NCBI RefSeq assembly: GCF_035084215.1
Contig: NC_090354.1
Location: forward strand, 2,232,001-2,296,000
Direction of reading: 5' to 3'
From: Heptranchias perlo
Lineage: Eukaryota
DNA: 64,000 bases
The notes beneath the pieces were generated by a model. The model had not been told where the DNA came from, made no database searches, and saw only the letters and a list, made by a program, of their open reading frames with translations. A program made the position numbers and the translations under genes. Positions within the stretch are counted from its first letter, which is position 1, and the number at the start of each line of letters is the position of its first letter. Of the stretch, positions 35,745 to 47,475 are shown one piece after another.

Positions 35745-36035
35745 GGGAGTGGCACGGGCGCGGCGCCGGGAGTGGCACGGGCGCGGCGCCGGGAGTGGCA
35801 CGGGCGCGGCGCCGGGAGTGGCACGGGCGCGGCGCCGGGAGTGGCACGGGCGCGGCGCCGGGAGTGGCACGGGCGCGGCGCCGGGAGTGGCACGGGCGCG
35901 GCGCCGGGAGTGGCACGGGCGCGGCGCCGGGAGTGGCACGGGCGCGGCGCCGGGAGTGGCACGGGCGCGGCGCCGGGAGTGGCACGGGCGCGGCGCCGGG
36001 AGTGGCACGGGCGCGGCGCCGGGAGTGGCACGGGC
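35745..36035. repeat. 23-bp minisatellite (20/23 GC), ~12.6 copies
   Basis: Unit GGGAGTGGCACGGGCGCGGCGCC. Confidence 0.97.
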
Positions 36036-37280
36036 ATCATAGTAGGTACAGCACAGGAGGAGGCCAGTCGGCCCATCGTGCTGTGCTGGCTCTGTGAAAG
36101 ATCTATCCAATTAGTCCCAATCCCCCTACTCTATCCCCAGAGCCCTGTAAATTTTTTCCCTTCAAGTATTTATCCAATTCCCTTTTGAAAGTTATTATTG
36201 AATCTGCTTCCACCGCCCTTCAGGCAGCGCATTTCAGATCAGAACAACTCGCTGCATAAAAAAGGTTTCCTCATGTCGCCTCTGGCTCTTTTGCCAATTA
36301 CCTTAAATCTGTGTCCTCTGGTTACCGACCCTCCTGCCACTGGAAACAGTTTCTCCTTATTTACTCTCCTAAAACCCCTCATGATTTTGAGCACCTCTAT
36401 CAAATCTCCCCCTAACCTTCTCTGTTCTAAGGAGAACAATCCCAGCTTCTCCAGTCTCTCCACATAACTGAAGTCCCTCACCCCTGGTACCATTCTGGTA
36501 AATCTCCTCTGCACCCTCTCTAAGGCCTTGACATCCTTCCTAAAGTGCAGTGCCCAGAATTGAACTCAATACTCCAGCTGAGGCCTAACCAGAGTTTTAT
36601 AAAGGTTTAGCATAACTTCCTTGCTTTTGTACTCAATGCCTCTATTAATAAAGCCCAGGATTCCATATGCTTTTTTAACAACCTTCTCAACTTGTCCTGC
36701 CACCTTCAAAGATTTGTGTACATACACCCCCAGGTCTCTCTATTCCTGCACCCCCTTTAAAATTGTACCATTTAGTTTATATTGCCTCTCCTCATTCTTC
36801 CTACCAAAATGAATCACTTCACACTTCTCTACTTTAAATTGCATCTGCCATGTGTCTGCCCATTTCACCAGTCTGTCTCTGTCCTCCTGAAGTCTGTTAC
36901 TATCCTCCACATTGTTCACTACATTTCAGAGTTTCGTATCATCTGCAAACTTTGAAATTACACCCTGTATATCCAAGTCCAGGTCATTAATACATATCGA
37001 AAAGAGCAGTGGTCCCAATACTGACCCCTGGGGAACACCACTGTAAACTTCCCTCCAGTCTGAAAAACAACCGTTCACCACTACTCTCTGCTTTCTGTCA
37101 CTTGGCCAATTTTGTATCCACGCGGTCACTGTCCCTTTAATCCTTGTGATTTAAGTTTGCTAACAAATCTATTATGTGGTACTTCATCAAATGCCTTTTG
37201 AAAGTCCATATACACAACATCCACCGCACTACCCTCATCAACCCCCTCCTGTTACTTCATCAAAGAACTCAAATCAATGA
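36036..37280 (-). mobile_element. 5'-truncated CR1 LINE (RT part to 3' end)
   Basis: [21 protein letters not shown]...KFADDTKL; QRRFTRMVPG...LEQRRL. Confidence 0.92.
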
Positions 37281-37289
37281 ATCAATCCA

Positions 37290-37650
37290 CAGTGCAGGGA
37301 GTAACACGGACCGCGAACACGGGCACAGCGCAGGGAGTAACACGGACCGCGAACACGGGCACAGCGCAGGGAGTAACACGGACCGCGAACACGGGCACAG
37401 CGCAGGGAGTAACACGGACCGCGAACACGGGCACAGCGCAGGGAGTAACACGGACCGCGAACATGGGCACAGCGCAAGTGCAGGGAGTAACACGGACCGT
37501 GAACACAGCGCAGGGAGTAACACGGACCGCGAACACGGGCACAGCGCAGGGAGTAACACGCACCGCGAACACGGGCACAGCGCAGGGAGTAACACGGATA
37601 CAGAGAACACGGGCACAGCGCAGGGAGTAACACGGATACAGAGAACAGGC
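37290..37650. repeat. 36-bp minisatellite, ~10 copies
   Basis: Unit GGGAGTAACACGGACCGCGAACACGGGCACAGCGCA. Confidence 0.95.
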
Positions 37651-38154
37651 GAGGTGTGGGTGCACAGACACTGCTCTTGCAGTTTTTATATTATAATCTA
37701 CAATGAACCCGCCCCAATGGGTGAACACCCTGCCCATTGTGTACCAAGACTTGGAGACAGGGCAGCTCCCAGGTTTGCTCCCTGGTCTGTGCCAGGGCAG
37801 TGGTAGCAACACTTAATCTGGCTTCAGTGACTCTGGGATTTGAGAGAGGATCAGCCCCCGTTCCAGTGACCCCTTGCTGGAAAAGGTGTGTGGCTGTGGG
37901 GCGAGGACAGGATTGGGTGTTGGCTGTGATGCTCCCCCTGGTTGAGCAGTTTGCCCACACTCACTGTCTGGGTACATGAAGAACGTCTTTGTGGGCGAGA
38001 ACCCCACGTGCGTAGCCGTACCCCGACGTGGGCTAGCAAACGGACTTCGAACATGAGCAACACCTGAGTTAATATCCTGCAGGTCCTGGGACGCCAAATA
38101 TCTTTGACTGAATCCCACTGCCGAGGGGCAAAGCCAGGAATGTGCGCTCCTCGC

Positions 38155-38386
38155 TCACCGGGCCTCTCCCCACCCCCCGCCCCACTCTGCCCACCGGGCC
38201 TCTCCCCCCACCCCCCCCACTCTGCCCAACGGGCCTCTCCCCCCCACTCTGCCCAACGGGCCTCTTCCCCCGCCCCACTCTGCCCACCGGGCCTCTCCCC
38301 CCACCCCCCCCACTCTGCCCAACGGGCCTCTCTCCCCCACTCTGCCCACCGGGCCTCTCCCCCCCGCCCCGCCCCACTCTGCCCAC
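38155..38386. repeat. C-rich ~30-40-bp repeat abutting the NT5C3B exon 8 donor
   Basis: Repeated cccactctgccca(c/a)cgggcctctcccc. Confidence 0.9.
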
Positions 38387-38587
38387 CTTGTCATTCAGAA
38401 ATCCAATTTTCAGGATGTTCTCCTGGTTCTGGACTCCGTCGGCCATGTTGAGATCTCCCAGCGAATCTCCCAGGAGAAAGACATTACTGTAATTCTCCAG
38501 GTTCTGGAAATGTTCTGCGTTCCTCAGTGCCGCTTCCCGCTTGTTGTAAATGTGGATCAATTCACCTTTAAATCCTTTCAGAACTCC
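38387..38587 (-). CDS. NT5C3B: NT5C3B exon 8 (201 bp), HAD motifs III/IV
   Basis: tcag|[67 protein letters not shown]|gtggg. Confidence 0.96.
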
Positions 38588-38814
38588 CTGAGCAATAAAA
38601 AAACAAATGGAATGATAAACTTGTAACAGGAAAGGCCACAGGTCCATCGAGTTCATCCCCAGTCTAAAGTTGTTCTCGACACTGTATCATTATGGGATGT
38701 TTAGGCATCGCTCTCCCACTTTCACTCAGCAGTCCCTGTAGCTCGACTTCTATTTGAAGACTCGCAGAACAAACCCACAGGATCAACTCCCCATTGTTTA
38801 CTTCACAGAAATCA

Positions 38815-39210
38815 GCACCCCCACCCCCACCCTCCCTCCCCCTCCCACCCATACCCCACCCATACCCCACCCCCACCCTCCCTCTCCCACCCATACCCCA
38901 CCCCACCCATACCCCACCCCCACCCTCCCTCTCCCACCCATACCCCACCCCACCCATACCCCACCCCCACCCTCCCTCCCTCCCCCTCCCTCCCTCCCCC
39001 TCCCATACCCCACCCCCACTCCCCCACCCATTCCCCACCCCCACTCCCCCACCCATTCCCCACCCCCACTCCCCCACCCATTCCCCACTCCCCCACCCCC
39101 ACCCCCACCCTCCCTCCCCCAACCAGACCCCACCCCCACCCATACCACACCCCTCTTCCCCTCCCCAACCTCCCACCCCCTTCCCCACCCACTCTCGCAC
39201 CCCCACCCCC
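38815..39210. repeat. C-rich low-complexity tract
   Basis: cccacccatacccc / ccccactcccc units. Confidence 0.9.
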
Positions 39211-39529
39211 CAGAAGCAGGAAGGTTCACGTGTGTAAGTTTCTCTATTTGCGTTCACACTGAGTGTCACCAACAGGGGGGGGGCGGCGGGGGAGTCTTCA
39301 ATTGCGCCCCAGTGTCAGTATTGGTACAGACCTTTCCACAATCATTAAACTCCCCGCCTCATTAACTGTGATATTAGATCCTGAAGATTCCCAAATCCGC
39401 CAGCAACTCATCAACTCCTCCCCCGCACTCGATTACCCCGGGGCTACTCCCAAGAATCAAAGTCTCGAACCAGCCCCAGAAATACTTCACTTCGCACCTC
39501 ACCTCCCAGAGGACCCCACACGAGAAGCC

Positions 39530-39645
39530 CCGCCCCCACCTCAGCCCCGCCCCCCACACGCACCTCAGCCCCGCCCCCCACACGCACCTCAGCCCCGCCC
39601 CCCCACACGCACCTCAGCCCCGCCCCCCACACGCACCTCAGCCCC
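39530..39645. repeat. ~24-bp repeat next to the NT5C3B exon 7 donor
   Basis: cctcagccccgccccccacacgca x4-5. Confidence 0.9.
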
Positions 39646-39653
39646 TCACTCAC

Positions 39654-39816
39654 ATTCTCATCAAAGTCCATGAAGTTTGACACCACTGTGATGTTGGAGG
39701 AATAGACCTCGACCTGTTTGATTATTTCCATCAAAATGTCACCAACACCGGCCGAGAATATGAAGACAGGAATTCTGCACTGGTAAAGTTTATGGAAGAA
39801 ATCCTTGTACCCGTCT
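39654..39816 (-). CDS. NT5C3B: NT5C3B exon 7 (163 bp), HAD motif II
   Basis: gcag|[54 protein letters not shown]|gtgagt. Confidence 0.96.
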
Positions 39817-39909
39817 CTGCGAGAGAAATCAATACATCACACACAGCAATCAGTCAGCGTCTCACAGCTGAAAGAAAGGGAGTTAGAGAGAAAGGGAGGA
39901 AAGAACTAA

Positions 39910-40330
39910 CTAACTTGCATTTATATAGCGCCTTTCACGACCTCAGGACGTCCCAAAGCGCTTTACAGCCAAATAAGTACTTTTGAAGTGTAGTCACTGT
40001 TGTAATGTAGGAAATGCAGCAGCCAATTTGCGCACAGCAAGATCCCACAAACAGCAATGTGATAATGACCAGATAATCTGTATTAGTGATTTCGTTTGAG
40101 GGATAAATATTGGCCCAGGACCCCGGGGAGAACTCCCCAGCTCTTGTCCACCTGAGAGGGCAGACGGGGCCTCGATTTAAAGTCTCATCTGAAAGACGGC
40201 ACCTCCGACAGTGCAGCGCTCCCTCGGTACTGGCACTGGGAGTGTCAGCCTGGATTATGTGCTCAAGTCTCTGGAGTGGGATTTGAACCCGCGACCTTCT
40301 GAGTCCAGGGCGAGAGTGCTGCCCACTGAC
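39910..40330 (-). mobile_element. SacSINE1-like SINE
   Basis: Head to tail present. Confidence 0.85.
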
Positions 40331-40349
40331 ACCTAAACATCTCAGTTAC

Positions 40350-40439
40350 CTCAGCACAGCATTCGACTCCCTCACGGTTTCTGCCAGCTTGTTCTTTTGA
40401 ATCCTCTGTCCCACGAGCAGCTCGTGTGCCTTCGTCCAC
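40350..40439 (-). CDS. NT5C3B: NT5C3B exon 6 (90 bp)
   Basis: gcag|WTKAHELLVGQRIQKNKLAETVRESNAVLR|gtaact. Confidence 0.95.
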
Positions 40440-42177
40440 CTGCCAAGAGAACAGAGATCCCTCGGGATCAATCCGGGGCTGACCAGCAACATTTCCACCA
40501 GTTACCTGGCACTTGTAACAACAACACTCGAGAAGCTCGACACCATCCAGGACAAAGCAGCCCGCTTGATTGGCACCCCATCCACCACCCTAAACATTCA
40601 CTCCCTTCACCACCGGCGCACTGTGGCTGCAGTGTGTACCATCCACAGGATGCACTGCAGCAACTCGCCAAGGCTTCTTCGACAGCACCTCCCAAACCCG
40701 CGACCTCTACCACCTAGAAGGACAAGAGCAGCAGGCACATGGGAACAACACCACCAGCACGTTCCCCTCCAAGTCACACACCATCCCGACTTGGAAATAT
40801 ATCGCCGTTCCTTCATCATCGCTGGGTCAAAATCCTGGAACTCCCTTCCTAACAGCACTGTGGGAGAACCTTCACCACACGGACTGCAGTGGTTCAAGAA
40901 GGCGGCTCACCACCACCTTCTCAAGGGGCAACTAGGGATGGGCAATAAATGCCGGCCTCGCCAGGGACGCCCACATCCCGTGAATGAATTTTAAAAAAGC
41001 AGAGACCTCAGGTTACTGGTAATGATCAGAAGTGATTCTGTTTCTGTCCCTCCCTAACCCAGGTCCTGAGGCCAAATGCAGCATCCCTCCCCTCCCCCTT
41101 CCCTTCCCCATCCCCCTCCCAGCACCCCTCCCCCTTCCCTTCCCCATCCCCCTCCCAGCACCCCTCCCCCTTCCCTTCCCCATCCCCCTCCCAGCATCCC
41201 TCCCCTCTCCCTCCCACTCCCACTCCTCTCCCTCCCCCCCCCATCCTCCTCTCCCTCCCCATCGAGATTAGATAACTCAGGACATATATGAGTTGCTGGA
41301 TGAAAGTAGTTCACCTTCTCCCATCCTGCTAGTCACCTGATCCAATGTTAGAGTTGTTGACTAATCACAGTAATCAATCTCCATCAATTAGACTCCAACT
41401 GACCCAGACACGAGGCGAGGAAAACCCCCAGTGGGGGAGAGCTTTGGGAACCAGAGGTCCAAAGTCACCAGTTTTTCCCGAGCCTGTTACACTCACCACA
41501 CATCATGTCTCAAATTACTCACATACTGGATCCCAAAAAGTTATTTTCATTTGAATCAATACAAACTGCTTCCACCGTCTCCCGACAACAACAACTTGCA
41601 TTTATATAGCGCCTTTAACTGAGTAAAATGTCCCAAGGCGCTTCACAGGAGCGATTATCAAACAAAATTTGACACCGAGCCACATAGAGATATTAGGACA
41701 GGTGACCAAAACCTTGGTCAAAGAGGTAGGTTTTAAGGAGCATCTTAAAGGAAGAGAGAGAGTGGGAGAGGTTTAGGGAGGGAATTCCAGAGCTTAGGGC
41801 CGAGGCAGCTGAAGGCACGGCCGCCAATGGTGGAGCGAAGGAAAATCAGGGATGCGCAAGACGCCAGAATTGGAGGAGCGCAGAGATCTCGGAGGGTTGT
41901 AGGGCTGGAGGAGGATACAGAGATAGGGAGGGGGGAGGCCGTGGAGGGATTTGAATGCGGGGGTGAGGGAGCCTGTTCCATACATTGCCCACTCGCTCGC
42001 TGAAATATTGTTTCCGCGGATTAGTTTTGAATTGAACCCCCTTCGAGCGCAGGCCGTGTCGCCTGGTTCTACAGTTCTGGACAAGGCCAGGATGGATCCC
42101 AAATCCTTTCTGCTCCAAGCGGTTCGGTGGTTGGGAGGGGGGAGAACAGAAGGAGACTCTGAGCATCGTGACCCTAC

Positions 42178-42263
42178 CATTCAATCATCAGCGGCAGCTT
42201 CTCCTCGATGCTGCGAGAGGGGTCGATCTCGATGGGATAGTAGGTGTTGAGAAGGTCCTTCAG
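42178..42263 (-). CDS. NT5C3B: NT5C3B exon 5 (86 bp)
   Basis: gcag|LKDLLNTYYPIEIDPSRSIEEKLPLMIEW|gtagg. Confidence 0.95.
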
Positions 42264-42594
42264 CTGCAATGGGAGGAGGAGAATCGTTAGCCCCCTGTGG
42301 TACGGTGGAGTCACTCCTGTTTATTTTACTTTTCCCAGCTTCGATCAGCCCTCCGCACTGACTGGACCCCCCGGGATGGGGCGGGGGTTCCCGTGTCAGA
42401 GACGGTGATTTGAGCCTGCGATCCCTAGAGCTGACTCTCCCTCCTTGTGTCGACAACTGCTCCGCGCGGTAGAACTCATCAGGAAACTCACTGCGAGGGC
42501 TCGTAGAATCGACAGCACAGGAGGATCCCATCACAACCAGTGCTGGAGGTGTGAACTCTAACCCCATTTAAACTCTCCCCGAATCATAGAAAGA

Positions 42595-43830
42595 AAGACT
42601 TGCATTTATATAGCACCTTTCACAACCTCGGGATGTCCCAAAGCGCTTTACAGCCAAAGAAATACTTTTTGAAGTGTAGTCACTGCTGTAATGTAGGAAA
42701 CGCAGCAGCCAATTTGCGCACAGCAAGATCCCACAAACAGCAATGTGATAATGAGCAAATAATCTGTTTTAGTGATGTTGGGTGAGGGGTAAATATTGGC
42801 CCCAGGACACCGGGGAGAACTCCCCTGCTCTTCTTCAAAATAGTGCCATGAGATCTTTACACGGTGACTCGGTTTAAAGTCAAATCCGAAAGACGGCACC
42901 TCCGACAGTGCAGCGCTCCCTCAGTACTGACCCTCCGACAGTGCAGCGCTCTCAGTACTGACCCTCCGACAGTGCAGCGCTCCCTCAGTACTGACCCTCC
43001 GACAGTGCAGCGCTCCCTCAGTACTGACCCTCCGACAGTGCAGCGCTCCCTCAGTACTGACCCTCCGACAGTGCAGCGCTCCCTCAGTACTGACCCTCCG
43101 ACAGTGCAGCGCTCCCTCAGTACTGACCCTCCGACAGTGCAGCGCTCCCTCAGTACTGACCCTCCGACAGTGCAGCGCTCCCTCAGTACTGACCCTCCGA
43201 CAGTGCAGCGCTCCCTCAGTACTGACCCTCCGACAGTGCAGCGCTCCCTCAGTACTGACCCTCCGACAGTGCAGCGCTCCCTCAGTACTGACCCTCCGAC
43301 AGTGCAGCGCTCCCTCAGTACTGACCCTCCGACAGTGCAGCGCTCCCTCAGTACTGACCCTCCGACAGTGCAGCGCTCCCTCAGTACTGACCCTCCGACA
43401 GTGCAGCGCTCCCTCAGTACTGACCCTCCGACAGTGCAACACTCCCTCAGTCCTGACCCTCCGACAGTGCAGCGCTCCCTCAGTCCTGACCCTCCGACAG
43501 TGCAGCGCTCCCTCAGTACTGACCCTCCGACAGTGCAGCGCTCCCTCAGTACTGACCCTCCGACAGTGTATCACTCCCTCAGTACTGACCCTCCGACTGT
43601 GCAGCGCTCCCTCAGTACTGACCCTCCGACTGTGCAGCGCTCCCTCAGTACTGACCCTCCGACAGTGCAGCGCTCCCTCAGTACTGACCCTCCGACAGTG
43701 TATCACTCCCTCAGTACTGACCCTCCGACTGTGCAGCGCTCCCTCAGTACTGACCCTCCGACTGTGCAGCGCTCCCTCAGTACTGACCCTCCGACTGTGC
43801 AGCGCTCCCTCAGTACTGCCCTGGAGTGCA
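42595..43830 (-). mobile_element. SacSINE1-like SINE (head missing) with a large internal expansion
   Basis: Tail and Deu body at 42595-42900, then the array. Confidence 0.85.
42899..43818. repeat. 33-bp SINE-derived minisatellite, ~28 copies
   Basis: Unit CCTCCGACAGTGCAGCGCTCCCTCAGTACTGAC. Confidence 0.97.
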
Positions 43831-43857
43831 GGCCTACTGCGACCCACCAGGGGGCAG
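43827..43857 (+). promoter_or_regulatory. Candidate CTCF site (core plus upstream module)
   Basis: TGCAG-N12-CCACCAGGGGGCAG. Confidence 0.5.
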
Positions 43858-44886
43858 TCCGTGGCCCCGGACCGTACCCCAACTGGGTCGGGGCAGGTGG
43901 GCGGGGCGGGGAAGAGACGGGGGAGGGGGGTGGCGGTGGGCATCTGTGACTTCAGCAGAGGAAGGGAGAAAATTGGGGAAAATCTCAAACATTCGGGGAT
44001 TGAATCTGCACAGAGGCAAGTAACAGGGCAGGGAATTGTAATCCTTTCCCACTTTACATGAGCCTAAGATACAGCAGATTCTCCCACCCCCAAACTCACA
44101 AGCACCCAGAATTTCACTATTTCCTTTTTACAAAATGGCCACTCAGGAAACGAAGGCAATCGGGAGGATGGGGCTGTTCCTGTCGGTCCTTCATTGGGTG
44201 TGAACGGTGTCTCGGAGATTAGTGACTGCTGACACCAGGAGGCGACCGGCAACATTGCAATGGGTGAACAAAATTAATTCACAGAAAGGCACCTATTGGA
44301 AAGAAATATATAAAGTCTTGCCTTTATACAGCTCCGAAACACAGCACAAGACATCCTGAAACGCTTCAGGTGCAATGAACCATTTTGAAGTGCAGTGACT
44401 ATTGCTATGTAAGCAAACACGGCAGCTTCGGTACACAGGGGGCTGTTCGACTCCTCGTTTCTGTGACAATGCTAGCCCCTCTCCTGGAACTATTAATTCT
44501 ACTCCCATTTCTCTGCTCTTTGTGTTTTAAATAAATTCAACAAGGATGTTTTCAAGGGTAAAATAAATGTTACATCCTCGGCAGTCACAATTCTCTCTCT
44601 TATTTGTCAACAGAGAATCTAAAGGCCAAATTCAATCCCTCTGAAATTCAACAGGAATTTTAACTTCCTGCTTCACCTGCATTTTTCTGCACAGTGAGAA
44701 AGGGCAGGGAATTGGGATTAAAATGACAACAGTTGGGTGAGGTATTCCAAACCCACGATCCTTCCCCGAGAGTTCAGGGCACTGAAATTGTTCCTAATCT
44801 GGATTCTAATGTCACTGACAATCCGCTGCTCCTCCCCAAGTCCTGGGGAGAGCCACGGTTTATGTAAACGTGGAGACACCAGTTAC

Positions 44887-44933
44887 CTTTCTCCTGCATT
44901 CCTCGCTGACTAATTTGCTGTCATCAATAATAT
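44887..44933 (-). CDS. NT5C3B: NT5C3B exon 4 (47 bp)
   Basis: gcag|(N)IIDDSKLVSEECRRK|gtaact. Confidence 0.93.
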
Positions 44934-45247
44934 CTGCAAATAATCAAAAAAAAAACACAAAAACAGAGATATCACAGGTCTGACCGAGAGCGGAACATTA
45001 AACAATCATCTGACAAAAAAATAAGCAAACAATAAACAACGAGTGGGTTTTCCTCTGCTCCCAGGATCCATCCCCTTGGAGACTCTTTGTGTCCCCAGGA
45101 GATCCCCTGTATCCCCCCCCCCAGGAGACCTCCTTCTTACCCCCCCTCCCCCAGGAGACCCTTTGTCCCCTCACCCCCCAGAAGACCCTTGCCCCCCTCC
45201 CCCTCCTCCAAGAGACCCCTGTAGCAGAAACGGATAACAGAACTCAC

Positions 45248-45317
45248 TGTGACAGGTCGGGCTCCTTTTCCCATTGCAGGCGAATCGAGTTAAAGTCATA
45301 TCGAAATCTGTAATGAC
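45248..45317 (-). CDS. NT5C3B: NT5C3B exon 3 (70 bp), catalytic DxDxT motif
   Basis: ccag|[23 protein letters not shown]|gtgagt. Confidence 0.96.
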
Positions 45318-46386
45318 CTGGAACAGAAAAAGCAGCCCAGCGGTGGGAGCAGGTCGCACTGACATTTCACAGCTCTAACATCCCCTAAAACATAGAAAAA
45401 CATGGACCGGAGACCCTGCATAGAATTCAGCTCCTGCCTTTTATACAGAGCCCCCGTTCCAATTGCCCCCCACACACCAATACCCAGACCCTCCACGTAC
45501 ACACCCCACCCCACGCGGACACAGAGACTGATGTGATGGTGTTTAATTCATGGCTAACAGGCAAAGTTATTCTCTTTTTAACCTCAAAGTTGCCATAACT
45601 AAAAGACAGAACAAACAAACGATGATACATTGAATTTCATCACATCGTGCTCTGTACGTGAAAGGGGCTGTGTTATTTCCATTTGTTCTTTGGGCATCAT
45701 TGGCCAGGCCGGCATTTATTGCCCATCCCTAGTTGCCCCTTGAGAAGGTGGTGGTGAGCCGCCTTCTTGAACCGCTGCAGTCCGTGTGGTGAAGGTTCTC
45801 CCACAGTGCTGTTATGGAGGGAGTCCCAGGATTTTGACCCAGCGATGATGAAGGAACGACCAATATATGTCCAAGTCGGGATGGTGTGTGAACTGGAGGG
45901 GGTGGTGTTCCCATGATATTGCTGCTGTTGTCCTTCTAGTTGGTGGATCGCAGGTTTGGGAGGTGCTGTCAAAGTAACCGTGGCGAGTTGCAGCAATGCA
46001 TCCTGTAGACAGTACGCACTGCAGCCACGGTGCGCCGGTGGCGGAGGGAGTGGATACTGAGTCTGGTGGTCAAGTGAACTGCTGTGTCCTGGATGGTGTC
46101 GAGCTACGCAAGTGTTGTTGGGGGAGATGGTCGGGACTTTCTGTGTTGGACGTGGTCACTTGTACGGTGCAAATGTTTTACCTGCCGCTTGTCAGCCCAA
46201 TCCTGAATGTTGTCCAAGTCCTGGTGCAGGCTGAATAGGTTGTCTTATTACTGCTCAACATAAACCCACAACTCAGGGTAACTAAAGAGCGCCCACCCAC
46301 CCATTGAGGGCCGTAACTAAGGGCTCTTTAATCCCTGAAACCCACACTAGGAGTAACGAAGGACTGCTCCCTCACTGTAAACCCAC

Positions 46387-46485
46387 CTGCAGTTTGGACG
46401 CTCCCCCATCACGGAGGGAAGAAATTATTTCTCTGACCCGCTCCGGTTCCCGGATGTGAACTGTGCTGTTTTTTAATTCTGGTAC
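46387..46485 (-). CDS. NT5C3B: NT5C3B exon 2 (99 bp)
   Basis: gcag|VPELKNSTVHIREPERVREIISSLRDGGASKLQ|gtgggt. Confidence 0.93.
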
Positions 46486-47169
46486 CTGCAGGAAAATGAA
46501 AACAGTCACCCAGAGAATATTAAATCAATCACTCCGAATAACGTCAGACACAGTATATCATCATATAGAGGGGAGCGATAAACCCAGTGACACATGGCGT
46601 GTTACAATTTATTATATATTAAGTACGGTGAGTGCTCTCGAGATTCTGATGGTATTTGAACTGTAGATGGTGTCGATGTGTAACGTTATGTGACCAAGTG
46701 ATTCTAATGGGATCGGCCCAGCGTTAAGCAATGGACCCTGAACCAGATCACAGAAACTATAGCCACCTGTCCCCTAGGTAAAACTTCTCCCCCCACCCAT
46801 GAACAAAGATTTCATGCTCAATCTCCCCCCTCCCCCACTGAGCAAATTCTTGCCTCTTAACTTCTCACCCCCATCACCAAGCTTCAGAATCTCCCCCGCC
46901 CCAGCTCCTGCTGTAATTCTCGCCCTCAATGTCTGGCTGTTCTTGGGCTCAATTATCCCTACCCCACTGATCTCAATCCCCCTCACCCTCCCACCGTCTT
47001 CTCCCTCCACCACTGCCTCCTATTTGCCCCCCCCCTCCTCTTGTCTGCTCCCTCCTCCCCTTCCCCCACATTAGCTCATTGTCCCCCACTGTTTAACCCT
47101 ACTTGATCGGAGAGATTCAAACTGAACATAGGTAGTCGATCAACGCCACGGGAGATCGACAAGTATAAT

Positions 47170-47470
47170 AAACATGTATACACATACGCGCACACAAGTA
47201 CATGTACATGCACCGATGCACACCCACGCATAAACACGCACATACATATGCGCATATACACGCACACATGCATGCACAGGCACATATACACACGCACATG
47301 TCCACATACACACACACGGATACACAGATGCACACATACACATATACCCGCAAGCACAAGTGTTACACCCAGTTAACAGTGTTACTATACAATACATACA
47401 CACGCTGTAACTCACGGTGCCTTACATGCACGAGCTGTAACGCATGGTGCATTATGTACACACACATGCA
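47170..47470. repeat. Degenerate (CA/TA/CG) alternating purine-pyrimidine microsatellite
   Basis: acacatacgcgcacac-type runs. Confidence 0.85.
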
Positions 47471-47475
47471 TTAAT

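Noticed and set aside
38664-39365. Pro-rich and Gly-rich ORFs (also at 1650-2180, 13600-14380, 49460-50435)
   Set aside because: Low-complexity C/G tracts with no splice or codon evidence.
42864-43988. 361-aa and 355-aa repetitive ORFs
   Set aside because: Same 33-bp array inside a SINE, within an NT5C3B intron.
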